Shown piece after piece: positions 20,514-31,672 of a stretch of DNA of 64,000 nt. Both the position numbers and the translations under genes were made by a program. Origin of the DNA: Nitrospirota bacterium (lineage in GTDB: Bacteria > Nitrospirota > JACRHJ01); assembly GCA_963733375.1 (NCBI GenBank), contig CAVTDB010000010.1, positions 30,717 through 94,716 of the forward strand, written 5' to 3'. The notes beneath the pieces were generated by a model. That model saw nothing but the letters and a program-made list of their open reading frames with translations. It did not search any database and was not told where the DNA came from. Position 1 is the first letter of the stretch; every line of letters begins with the position of its first letter.

Positions 20514-21383
20514 TTAATTTGAGTTCGCGTAGCGGAAGAAGGTTTTGTTGTCCAGTCCCAGCAGGCTGTTGACCCGCGCCTGCGAAGGCTCCGGGAGGTC
20601 GTCCGCCGGGAGTCCGTCGAACGGCGCGCTTTTAGCCGCCTTGCCGCAGAACTCGGCAAAGCCCTCCGGGTCCACGTCCGCATACGAACGCGCCCACGGA
20701 AGGAGCGCGGGGGTAATCTTCCCGTTGGATAGCGCCTGGCGTACCATCGCTTCCGTCTTATACTTCTTGAGAGTCGCCTTCAGCGCCAGGTGCTCCGTCT
20801 CCGTCACGAAACCGGACGGATGGATAAGCGACTCGGTTTTTTCCTTCACCGCGTCCGCCTCTGCATCCTCCGGGAGGTCCAGGAACTTCAGCACCTCCAT
20901 ATACAAACTTTTGAAATCTCTCTGCATGGAGTTTACGACCGGGGCCATGCCGTCTATTGCGGGCAGGTTCGTGAGAGCCGCGCCCAGAAGCTCAACGGCT
21001 CGCCCGTCTTTCTTGCGGACGAGCACGACCGGCGAGAGGTAGCGGTACTCCCGGTTCCTAAGGTATTCCTTCGCGCGGTCCGTCCACTGCACCTTCGCCC
21101 AGAGCCCTTCTGACCCCTTGTCCACCAGTTCCTTTATCCAGCCGGCCGCCGGGGCCTCGGAGCCGGATAAGCTCTGGTGCTCGTAGTCGATTACCAGGTC
21201 GGTATTCGAATCGGCAAAGGCTTTCAGTATCAGCCCCTTCGCCTCCTCGTCCACATTGAACTGCATCTTCCCTTTAGGCGATACCTCGCCCGACGGCAGG
21301 ATCTGCACCTCTTCCGGCACGTCGTTGCCGGACAGGTCAAGCCCGCACTCCAGCGTAAACGAAAGCTTCTCTGAAGACTCCAA
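20514..21383 (-). CDS. Mu I-like prohead protease/scaffold
   Basis: LVIDYEHQSL, APAAGWI..L, GLWAKVQWTDRA..YL...EYRYLSPV, AALTNLPA, GKITPA...WA. Confidence 0.92.
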   Translation of the reverse strand: MESSEKLSFTLECGLDLSGNDVPEEVQILPSGEVSPKGKMQFNVDEEAKGLILKAFADSNTDLVIDYEHQSLSGSEAPAAGWIKELVDKGSEGLWAKVQWTDRAKEYLRNREYRYLSPVVLVRKKDGRAVELLGAALTNLPAIDGMAPVVNSMQRDFKSLYMEVLKFLDLPEDAEADAVKEKTESLIHPSGFVTETEHLALKATLKKYKTEAMVRQALSNGKITPALLPWARSYADVDPEGFAEFCGKAAKSAPFDGLPADDLPEPSQARVNSLLGLDNKTFFRYANSN

Positions 21384-21398
21384 TATATACCTCCTTTT

Positions 21399-22991
21399 TT
21401 AGAAACCCTTTTTCTTGCCGCGCCTTGAAAACCCTTCGTACTCCACTCTTTGCGGCGCGCGTACAGGGAACTCGTATTCGATGAAATATCCTATGGCGTC
21501 GGTGATGTGCTCGTCGCCCTTCGTCTTGTCCAGGATGGACGTGCCGTCTTTCCAGGCGGTCCGCTCAAAGGAGCGGATACTCTCGCGGCAGGCGGAGGAG
21601 ATTACCAGTTCGGGCGGTCCGCCGGACAGTACCTTATTTACCGCGTTCACCCTGTCCCTGACATGCGGTGAAGAATTCCTCGCCCGCACTTCAAAGCCGT
21701 TAGTCGAAAGCACGGCGAAATCCGACGTCGCGCCGGGGAGCCCGGCTGTCTTTCTCGCCCGGCCGGTCGGGTCCGGGTAGGCGGCTATCGCAATATCGCC
21801 GTACCGGTCCCTCGCCGCCTCGCATAGTTCCCACGTATTGGAGGACCGGATGACAATTTCGTCCACAACCCTCACCTCTTTACCCGCGACCTGTATGAAC
21901 GCGGCGTGGAGCGGGTCTACGTTAAAGTCCACCGCCATCGTAAGCGGATAAGCCGGGTCGTATGCCAGGCCTTCCCTGACGTGCCTTTCGCGGGAGAACT
22001 CCGGATAGACCCTGCCCGCATGCGGGTTCACGAACTCGCCCGATACGTATTGCCGGGCAATGTTCGCTCCGTAAGCCTCAATCAAGTCATCCGCATAGTC
22101 CGGCGGGAGGTGGACGTTTTCCTTCGTGCTTGCGGTGATGAGGCGGTAGCCGCGCTTTCGCTTCTCCACGAACTCCTCGAAAAGCCAGTTATAGCCTTCG
22201 GGAGTGGTGGTAATGAACGCGCGTAGCCATTTTGCTTCCGGATGCCTGAGGCGCGAAATCAGCACCTCCCACGCGGCGCGCGAGACAAGCGCCCCCTCGT
22301 CGATTCCGACCCACGCGAGGCTTGGCCCTTTAAGCCGCTCCGGCGAATCCGCCGAGCGGAACATGACCTTCGAGCCCCACGGGAGAAACAGGTTCGAGTT
22401 CGAGCTGAAGCCACTTGTACTTGATGCCCGCCCGGTCCAGTATCTCCAGGAAAACGGGCAGGGTCGCGTCCTGCAACATCCCGTAAGTCGGCGCGACGAC
22501 CATGCCGGGAAGTCCCCGGTTTATGACTGAGAGCCTTATCGCCTCATGGCATCCGGAGAACGTCTTGCCGGAGCCGTACCCGCCGACGTAGGCTTTGTAT
22601 TTCGAGCGGGAGCGGTGGAAGGCCGCCTGGGCCGGGAGCATCCTGTATTTTATGCCGAGTTCGCGGAAGCTCAATGTCTGTGCGCCCCCGTCAGGGTCTT
22701 CCCACCGGACAACCATCTCTTCCGGCCACTGTTCCTGTTCCTGCTTATGGTCGGCAAGGCCCAGGACGCCCCGTTCTCCTAAGACCGCTTCCTTATAAGT
22801 GGAGACCAGCGACTTCATGTCCGATACCTTCAAGGAGGCTTCGGCTTTCTTTTTCCCCATGCCTTTCGGCGCGGGCAGGAGGCTCGTCGGACAACAGGGA
22901 CAGAGCGCGAAGAGCCGCGTTCTGAAACCTCCTGAAGCCCGTCAGGTGCCGCTCTGTTTATACTGGCGTCGTCGTTTTTCGGCTTTGTCAT
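21399..22991 (-). CDS. Terminase large subunit preceded by an in-frame TerS-like segment (apparent frameshifts)
   Basis: Walker A GGYGSGKT; RSADSPERLKG; Walker B VGIDE; TTTPEG; nuclease AVDFNVDP, YPDPTG, HITDAIGY; upstream ATG 22991 with RBS. Confidence 0.88.
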
Positions 22992-23000
22992 CGCGGACTC

Positions 23001-23294
23001 CTAAGCTATTTCCTGAATGAACCACTGAGGCGGCGCGAGGACTTCCATCCAGCGCCAGCCGTCTCTTTTTACCATCAGGCCGAGCTTGTGCTCATTCCAA
23101 AGAGACTGGGCCGCATCAGACAGTGCCGGCGCGGCCGGGTCCGCGGCGCTTTGCTCCGGGGCCTGGGGCGCAAAAAAATATTTCCCGCAGATAGGGCAGC
23201 GGGCGGTGACGTAATTTCTTATCAATACCCTGGAACCGCATTTATCGCAGCCGACCCCTGCCCCCGCGTGAGGGCTACGCTCCGTCGTGCTCAT
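23001..23294 (-). CDS. Zinc-ribbon hypothetical protein
   Basis: CDKCGS...CPICGK; RBS AGGAGG. Confidence 0.6.
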   Translation of the reverse strand: MSTTERSPHAGAGVGCDKCGSRVLIRNYVTARCPICGKYFFAPQAPEQSAADPAAPALSDAAQSLWNEHKLGLMVKRDGWRWMEVLAPPQWFIQEIA

Positions 23295-23402
23295 AGTGGC
23301 GCCTCCTGTAGTTGCTTAATTGCTTCCCCATTTCAGGGCCTTCGTTCTTTGCGCGTCCGCTTCGCTCTATCCGGAGCTTTGCGGGCGGTTTTTCTTGTTT
23401 CC

Positions 23403-23500
23403 CACTATATGCCGGATTTGTACGGCAAGATTCATGCGCAATCCCCTGGAAGAAATGCGCCTCATTTGGCCTTCACTATATGCCGCTTTTGTACGGCAAG
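23403..23500. promoter_or_regulatory. Two 27-bp direct repeats, each with internal TGCCG-N8-CGGCA dyad
   Basis: cactatatgccggatttgtacggcaag (23403-23429) and cactatatgccgcttttgtacggcaag (23474-23500), 25/27 identical. Confidence 0.7.
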
Positions 23501-23842
23501 CTTGGCCCTGGCCCGGCCGACATAGCTCTGGACGGTTGAGCGCGAGACGCCGAGTGCGGCGCTCGCATCGGCATAGGAGAGGCCGTCGGCTATGAGCATG
23601 AGCGCCTGCCGCTCGGAGGGCGAGAGCGCGCCCAGGTCGATCCTCGGAGCGGCGGCCTTCGTCCGCGACACGTTCCATTCCGAAAGCGAATGCAAATCGG
23701 CCGCAAGCGCCAGGTCCGCCGGCGACATCAGCACCTCCCTGTCCGAGTTCCGCCCGTCTTCGACGGCCGGGATGGTTTTCTTGACAGATAAACAGATTTC
23801 GATGCAGTTTTTAAATTCGGTACAATCACGGCAAGTTTTCAT
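23462..23842 (-). CDS. Regulator with N-terminal Cys4 motif and C-terminal sigma-70 region-4/LuxR-type HTH
   Basis: CRDCTEFKNCIEIC; LSPSERQALML.ADGLSYADASAALGVSRSTVQSYV.RARAKL. Confidence 0.8.
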   Translation of the reverse strand: MKTCRDCTEFKNCIEICLSVKKTIPAVEDGRNSDREVLMSPADLALAADLHSLSEWNVSRTKAAAPRIDLGALSPSERQALMLIADGLSYADASAALGVSRSTVQSYVGRARAKLAVQKRHIVKAK

Positions 23843-23959
23843 AGACGCCTCCTTTTCTTGCGGGGAGGATACGACGGAATATCGGGAGACGTCTTCTGCA
23901 GGCCTTGAGAAAATACTTTAGGCGTAGGTCTTAGGAGAAGGGGTTACGGGAAACGCTTG

Positions 23960-25171
23960 TTATACGGAAAGCAGGTCCTTGCGTGCGGATACCAGCAGGA
24001 CGGAATATGTCACGAGGCAGACTATCGCCCCGGCGGCGACGGCATGGGGCGTGCCGGCGTAGTGCGCGAGCGTCCCGATGATTAGGTTCCCGATGGGGAC
24101 GAACCCCAGGAACACCAGGACGTACAGGCTCATCACCCGGCCCCGGAGCTCGTCGGGGACCTCTTGCTGGATCGCGGTGTTCACGGTGGCGAGCTGCGTT
24201 ATCATACCCCAGCCGATGACCATAAGCAGGGCGTATGACAGAAGCGGCACGCGGGAGAACGAGAAGCCCAGGATCGCCAGAGACGAGATGAACGCGGCGA
24301 GAAAAGCGGTGAGGCCCCTCCTGCCGGACCCGCCGAACGTGGCCAGACTTAAGGCGCCGATTAACGCCCCAACGCCCGCGCAGCCCATGAGGACGCCGAG
24401 GCCCTTTGCGCCGATATGCAGGATGTCCCGCGCGAAGATGGGCATAAGAGCGATATACGGGATTGCGAAGAGGCTCGTGATGGCGACCATCAGGGTGAAA
24501 TAGAGGACGACGGGCGTCTTGCGCACGTAGATAAGGCCTTCGTGCAGCTCCTTAAGCACCGGGCGCGGCTTGGGCTTTTCCTCCGGCCTGTCAAGGCGCA
24601 TCATGCCCAGCATTATAATTATGGCGACGTATGAAAGGGCGTTTATATAAAAGCAGGCGGCTATGCCCACGGCGCTTATCAGGAGTCCGGCGATGGCGGG
24701 TCCTATTATGCGCGCGCCGTTGAAAACCGCGGAGTTCAGCGCGATGCCGTTCATAAGGTCCTCGCGCCCGACCATCTCTATGATGAACGACTGCCTGCCG
24801 GGGACGTCGAAGGTGTTTACCACGCCCAGCAGCCCGGCGATGACCAGCACGTGCCAGAGCTGGACCTGGCCCAGGCTCACCATGACGCCGAGCGCGAGCG
24901 CAAGGGCCAGCGAGAGCGCCTGGGTAAGGAGCAGGAGCCTCCTTTTGTCCACCCTGTCCGCGACCACCCCGCCCAGAAGCGAGAAGAACAGGATGGGGAG
25001 CGAACTCATCGCCTGTACCAGCGCGAGATAGAATGCCGAGTTGGTAAGCTTCAGCACCAGCCAGCCCTGGGCGAGCGACTGCATCCATGTGCCGACAAGC
25101 GAGATGGCCTGGCCGGATAAGAAAAGGCGGAAGTTCCTGTGCTTTAGCGCGGTGAAAGTTCTGTACTTCAT
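23960..25171 (-). CDS. MFS transporter (MFS_3/DUF894 type)
   Basis: ALKHRNFRLFLSGQAISLVGTWMQ, GGVVADRVDKRR, LRGRVMSLY. Confidence 0.92.
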   Translation of the reverse strand: MKYRTFTALKHRNFRLFLSGQAISLVGTWMQSLAQGWLVLKLTNSAFYLALVQAMSSLPILFFSLLGGVVADRVDKRRLLLLTQALSLALALALGVMVSLGQVQLWHVLVIAGLLGVVNTFDVPGRQSFIIEMVGREDLMNGIALNSAVFNGARIIGPAIAGLLISAVGIAACFYINALSYVAIIIMLGMMRLDRPEEKPKPRPVLKELHEGLIYVRKTPVVLYFTLMVAITSLFAIPYIALMPIFARDILHIGAKGLGVLMGCAGVGALIGALSLATFGGSGRRGLTAFLAAFISSLAILGFSFSRVPLLSYALLMVIGWGMITQLATVNTAIQQEVPDELRGRVMSLYVLVFLGFVPIGNLIIGTLAHYAGTPHAVAAGAIVCLVTYSVLLVSARKDLLSV

Positions 25172-25180
25172 CTTAATGAC

Positions 25181-26024
25181 TTAAAGAAAGAGCGGGGGGC
25201 GTTTCGCGGGGATGACTCCAGCCGCGGAGGCAAGGGTAAAGAGCTTCTCTATGGCGCGGACGCCTTCCTCCCCGAAGTCGTCGGAGAAAGAATTTACGTA
25301 AAGAGAGATGTGGCCGTCGATGACGGAATCCTCCATCTCCTGGGCATGCGCCTTTATATAGCCGGTACACTGTGCGCGATGGCCGCGCGCATATGAGATG
25401 CTCCGGCGTATGGCGTCTTCCGCCGCCAATATCATCTCTTTACCCAGAGAACGCTTTGCCATTATACATCCAAGGGGTATCGGGGATCCCGTCTCCTGCT
25501 CCCACCACTCGCCCAGGTCCAGGAGCTTTTTCAGGCCGTAGTTCTGGTACGTGAACCGGCCTTCGTGGATGATAAGTCCGGCGTCCACGGAACCGTCCCG
25601 GACGGCAGGCATTATCTTGTCGAACTGCATGACTGATAACGTCCTCGAAGCCCCGCCCGTATAGCATCAGGAGGAGCTGTGCCGTCGTGTAGCGGCCGGG
25701 TACGGCAATGCGCCTGCCGCGGATATCGGCGATGTCGGAATAATTTTTTGAGACCACGAGCGGCCCGCAGCCCCTGCCCAAAGCGCCGCCGGAGCGGAGC
25801 AGGCAGTAATCGTCCAGTAAATAGGCGGCCGCGTGGAACGAGACCTTCGTCAGGTCGAGCATCTCCCCCGCCCCAGCCCTCCCCATCGCGCGCGAGTTCA
25901 GCGCCTCTACGTCTTCCAATATCTCGCGCACGGTAAAGTCCGCGGGGACCTCGCCGTGGGTCAGGCCATAGAAGATGAATGTATCGTTCGGGCAGGGCGA
26001 GTAGCCAAGAGTCAATGTCTTCAT
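25181..26024 (-). CDS. mqnD: 1,4-dihydroxy-6-naphthoate synthase (frameshifted)
   Basis: LGYSPCPNDTFIF, GGALGRGCGPLVV, IIHEGRFTY, DLGEWWE..TG.PIPLG, HI.LYVN. Confidence 0.92.
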
Positions 26025-26687
26025 AAATTCTCCACAAGCTTCTTTATGATAACCGCGCAGTTGGCGCATGCGGTATTTATATCCCACCGGGAACGGTCAC
26101 GGTCTTCGACCATGTTGCTTATCCCCCTCACCTCGGCGAACGGGACGCCATACAGAAGCGAGACGTGTGCCGCCGCCGCGCCCTCCATATTCTCGCACAC
26201 CGCGCCCCATCTCTTTTCCATCCCGGCTGCCGCCGCCTCCGTGCCGGTGACGGCAGAGACGGTGGCGAACGGGCCGGAAGAAATTCTGAAAAGGAACATG
26301 GCGTGGTCTATTTTATCCGGGAGTCCCGGGACAGGGAAGCGGTTATAATATTTCGCGCCCTTTATTTCCGCTAACGGGATACCGGTCGCCTCAAGTCCGA
26401 AAAAACCTTCCGGGGAATTGACGCCGGTATCGGCGTATATCTCTTCCGTGGCGAAGCAGACGTCGCCTATGTTAAGTCCGGAGCCTTTAAACGCCCCTGC
26501 GCATCCGCCCATAATGACATGCTCCGGGAGGGGGGTATGGCGCTCGAAATAAGCCGTCAGCGCCCTGGGCGGCGTTTACCTGGCCTATCCCTGAAACCAG
26601 CACGTCCAGTTCAGGGCCGGCCATTCGCCGGGCCAGGGATTTAAAGGGCGCCGCTTCCGTCTCCGTGGCAAAAACTATCAATATCAA
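26021..26687 (-). CDS. mqnB: Futalosine hydrolase (frameshifted)
   Basis: SGIGQVNAA, G.AGAF..SGL..GD, E.YADTG, ENMEGAAAA, RGISN.VEDRD..RW; adjacent to mqnD. Confidence 0.88.
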
Positions 26688-26793
26688 CTGCCGACCTCCA
26701 AAGATAAAGGATAACATTCCCCCCGCTTCCAAGTCAAAGAAAAATCTTTTGAGTGCGTTGACTTTGCGGGCTTTTCATGCTGTAATTCAGGTC

Positions 26794-27252
26794 ATGAACG
26801 CATATCTTGGGCTGGGCTCCAACATGGGAGACCGCAAAGCCAACATTAAAAAAGCCGTCGAACTCCTGGAAAAATCACCGGGGGTAAAGGTGGTGAAGCT
26901 CTCGCCAATGTATGAGACGGAGCCGGTGGGAGACGTCCCGCAGGGGAAGTTCATGAATGCCGCGGCCGAGGTCTATACCGCGCTTTTCCCGCTGGGGCTT
27001 CTCGCCCTTTGCAGGAGCGTCGAGGACGCGCTTGGACGGGTGAGGACGGTAAAATGGGGGCCCCGGACGATAGACCTGGATATCCTGCTCTATGATGAGG
27101 ACGTGATCGAGACCGCGGAGCTGACCGTGCCGCACCCTTTGATGCACGAGAGGGAATTCGTGCTGATGCCGCTTTCGGATATCGCTCCCGACGCATATCA
27201 CCCGGTATTGAAAAAGACGGTGCAGGAACTTCTGGAAGGGCTTAAAAAGTAA
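26794..27252 (+). CDS. folK: HPPK (2-amino-4-hydroxy-6-hydroxymethyldihydropteridine diphosphokinase)
   Basis: AYLGLGSNMGDR, YETEP, WGPRTIDLDIL, PHP.M.ER.FV. Confidence 0.95.
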   Translation: MNAYLGLGSNMGDRKANIKKAVELLEKSPGVKVVKLSPMYETEPVGDVPQGKFMNAAAEVYTALFPLGLLALCRSVEDALGRVRTVKWGPRTIDLDILLYDEDVIETAELTVPHPLMHEREFVLMPLSDIAPDAYHPVLKKTVQELLEGLKK

Positions 27253-27257
27253 CGCCC

Positions 27258-28109
<852 letters not shown>

Positions 28110-28115
28110 GGGAAA

Positions 28116-29117
28116 CTACATTTTTTTGATATATCTTAAAAATTCATCTTTCGGAATAAATCGGCCGCTTTTTTCCACCTCATGCACAAGCCGCACCATC
28201 AATGAATTAAAGGGTGCCTCGCGCCCAATGGCCCTGGCTATATTCACCATCTCGCCATTCTGATAGTCCACCTCGGATAACTCGCCGCGCTCGATGCTTC
28301 CCAGCACCGGCCCTTCGCACGGCACCTGCGAGAGCGACGCCACGGCCTGCATGAACTTCGCCGCCGCCTCCGGAAGGGGCAAGCTGACCAGTTCGTTAAG
28401 CCTGTCCTCGTCGAAGTCCGGCAGGGCCTCGATATGCACGTCCTTTTTTATTATATCCATGCCTTCCTTCAAAAGGAGGACCGCCACTGCCGCCATGTCC
28501 GGGTCCAGAAAAGCTTTCTGTACCTTCTCGCCGATTATCCCCGGGATGCAGTACGGCAGGTTCAGCAGGAGCCGGGTGCAGTTGAAGTGCGCGATCTTAT
28601 TTCCACGTCGCGTGTTGAAGACATTGGACATCAATTCCAGCACCCGGTCCTCGCGCCAACCCGGGGCGTCGTACGCCCTGCCTACCACCATAAACCCCTT
28701 GAAGTTCAAGGTCACTTCTCCGGGGACGTAGCAGTTCGCGCCCATCGTCAGGACGCAGGTAACGATACGGTCGCGGGGAAATACATTCGCCACTATCTGC
28801 TCCGTCTTCGTCCCGTACTGTATAGTCGCGACCGTCGCCTCTCCCGCGTAGGGCAGGAGCTTCTCCGCCGCCCGGAGCGTATCCTGCACCCTGTCCGCAA
28901 AGATTAAAATGTCCGGGACAAAAGGCGGATAAAGCGAGACCGGGACGTCCGCTGATATAACCTGCCCGTCCCAGACCTGGCGCACAGTGAGGTTTTTCCC
29001 CTTTACCCGCTCAATTTTTTCCGCGCGGCCGGTGAGGAACACATCCTCGCCCGCGTCGGCCAGAAGGGCGGCGGTAGTGCATCCCACGGGCGTTATACCG
29101 GATACAACTACTTTCAT
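28116..29117 (-). CDS. Ketopantoate reductase family protein (PanE/ApbA-like, divergent)
   Basis: Rossmann-like N-terminus; GELSEVDYQNGEMV..A...G..AP.N. Confidence 0.7.
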   Translation of the reverse strand: MKVVVSGITPVGCTTAALLADAGEDVFLTGRAEKIERVKGKNLTVRQVWDGQVISADVPVSLYPPFVPDILIFADRVQDTLRAAEKLLPYAGEATVATIQYGTKTEQIVANVFPRDRIVTCVLTMGANCYVPGEVTLNFKGFMVVGRAYDAPGWREDRVLELMSNVFNTRRGNKIAHFNCTRLLLNLPYCIPGIIGEKVQKAFLDPDMAAVAVLLLKEGMDIIKKDVHIEALPDFDEDRLNELVSLPLPEAAAKFMQAVASLSQVPCEGPVLGSIERGELSEVDYQNGEMVNIARAIGREAPFNSLMVRLVHEVEKSGRFIPKDEFLRYIKKM

Positions 29118-29685
29118 AAGTATTCCTTTATGAGTTCAAAAAGGCGCGGAAGCGGAAGCCCCACCACGTTGAAGAAGCATCCGCGCACTCCCGTTACATA
29201 TACTGGAAAACCGTCCCTGTATCCCATATGCCCCAGCCTTGTCCATCGGCTCGCCGGTCGCGATATATTCGTCTATTTCTTCTTTTGTAAGCGGCTTCAC
29301 GAAGACCTTCGTCTTCTCCACGGCGCTCACGGCCCTGCCTGACCGGGCGTCCACTATGGCGATGCCGGTCAGTACCTCGTGCGCCCTGCCGGAGATGAGG
29401 GCTCAGCATCCTTTTTGCCTCCGCCTTCGAAGCGGGTTTTCCGAGTATTTCGCCGTCCACCACCACCACCGTATCCGCCCCCAGCACCAGCCCCTTTTTG
29501 TGCCTTGCCGCGACGGTGCGCGCCTTGAGGAGCGCCAGGCGCTTCACGTGGCTGCGGGGCGTCTCGTCAGGCAGCGCGGACTCGTCGGCGTCGGCAGGCT
29601 CCACCGAATAAAGTATACCAGCCTGTTTCAGCAACTCGCGCCGGCGCGGGGAAGAAGAGGCGAGGATTAACGATAATTTTTTCAT
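29114..29685 (-). CDS. maf: Maf family nucleoside triphosphate pyrophosphatase (frameshifted)
   Basis: [39 protein letters not shown]. Confidence 0.92.
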
Positions 29686-30449
29686 GGGAGCGGCGCCGCG
29701 GAAGATGGTTCATTAAGGAAATTTATCGCCGCCTCGTTGAACTCTTCCGCCTTCTCGATATACGGCAGATGCCCCGCGCCTTCCATTAACCTCACCCGCG
29801 CGTCCGGAATCGCTTTTGCGAAAATATCCGCGTACGAAGACGGTATCACCCTGTCGTCCTTCCCCCAGATTATTAGCGTCGGCGCTTTAATTTCAGGAAG
29901 CTTTCGCTCTATATCCGGGACGAACCCGCGCGCCTCGTCGATCTCTTTTATCGTCTTTATCGCCTTTGTCATTTCCTCGGAAGGCTTCACTCCCGTCATC
30001 TCGCCGGATATGGATTTATAGTAGTTCTCAAGCTCCCGCAGGACCTCGTCCACCGGCATCGACGGGTCCGTCGCCCTATGGACTCCGGCGGGCGATACCA
30101 GTACGAGTTTGTCGACGAGCCGGGGAAAATCGACGGCCAGCCAGAGCGCGGCCCAGCCGCCCATGGAGCTTCCGATGACGGACGCGCGTGGGGCGTTTAC
30201 GGTTGACAGGAATTCGGAGAGGAAGCGCGCATAGTCCCGGACGCTTTTGATTTCGGGAGCCTGCATAGAGCCGCCGAAGCCCGGCAGGTCGGGGGCGATT
30301 ACCCTGAAATGATTTGCAAACGGGCCGCTTTGCCGGTGCCAGAGCTTCGCGGTCGCGCCCGCGCCGTGTATGAGCAGGAGCGGCTTTCCCTCGCCGCCTT
30401 CATAGTAGCGGACGAGGTGCCCGTTTATTTTGGTGTCGTGTCTGATCAA
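29682..30449 (-). CDS. Alpha/beta hydrolase
   Basis: LLIHG, DLPGFGGS, GSSMGG nucleophile elbow, WGKDD, GAGHLP. Confidence 0.9.
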   Translation of the reverse strand: MIRHDTKINGHLVRYYEGGEGKPLLLIHGAGATAKLWHRQSGPFANHFRVIAPDLPGFGGSMQAPEIKSVRDYARFLSEFLSTVNAPRASVIGSSMGGWAALWLAVDFPRLVDKLVLVSPAGVHRATDPSMPVDEVLRELENYYKSISGEMTGVKPSEEMTKAIKTIKEIDEARGFVPDIERKLPEIKAPTLIIWGKDDRVIPSSYADIFAKAIPDARVRLMEGAGHLPYIEKAEEFNEAAINFLNEPSSAAPLP

Positions 30450-30456
30450 AACCTTT

Positions 30457-30551
30457 GTTACTTTCTTTTGCGAAAAAGAAAGTAACCAAAGAAAACGGGG
30501 CATAAAAACAGTTTAAAAGTTTTTGGCGTTACCTTTTTCCAAAAAGGTAAC
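30457..30551. repeat. ~100-bp modular palindromic repeat (hairpin A + hairpin B)
   Basis: GTTACTTTCTTTT-gcga-AAAAGAAAGTAAC ... GTTACCTTTTT-cc-AAAAAGGTAAC. Confidence 0.85.
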
Positions 30552-30559
30552 AAGGTTTT

Positions 30560-31533
<974 letters not shown>

Positions 31534-31553
31534 CGATTTACCTCCTGAAAACC

Positions 31554-31653
31554 GTTACTTTTCTTTCGAGAAAGAAAAGTAACACAAAAGAAAGCTGGAC
31601 TATTTAAAACCGGTCCAAAAGTTTTTGGCGTTACCTTTTTCCAAAAAGGTAAC
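31554..31653. repeat. ~100-bp modular palindromic repeat (A + B)
   Basis: Same two hairpins and linker aaaagtttttggc as 30457-30551. Confidence 0.85.
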
Positions 31654-31672
31654 GGGTCTTATAACCTGCAAA

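Larger units (their letters stand above)
8984..23842 (-). mobile_element. Phage-derived (Mu-like head) structural and lysis operon lacking integration, replication and tail-tube genes; GTA-like candidate or streamlined prophage remnant
   Basis: About 18 co-oriented, tightly coupled ORFs including terminase, Mu I protease, DUF935 portal, gpT capsid, gp36, gp37 and M15 endolysin; flanked by host genes. Confidence 0.85.

Noticed and set aside
8984-23842. Intact active Mu-like prophage
   Set aside because: No transposase A/B, repressor, ner or mom genes, and no tail tube, sheath or tape measure; well under half the size of Mu.
8984-23842. Tailocin, contractile injection system or encapsulin
   Set aside because: No sheath or tube is present, while terminase, portal and protease indicate DNA packaging.
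23843-23959. att site or Mu end at the cluster boundary
   Set aside because: I found no direct repeat shared with 8915-8983 by eye; a computational scan is still advisable.
29682-30503. Longer starts for the hydrolase (30503) and gltX (58264)
   Set aside because: The extensions are translations of the palindromic repeats.
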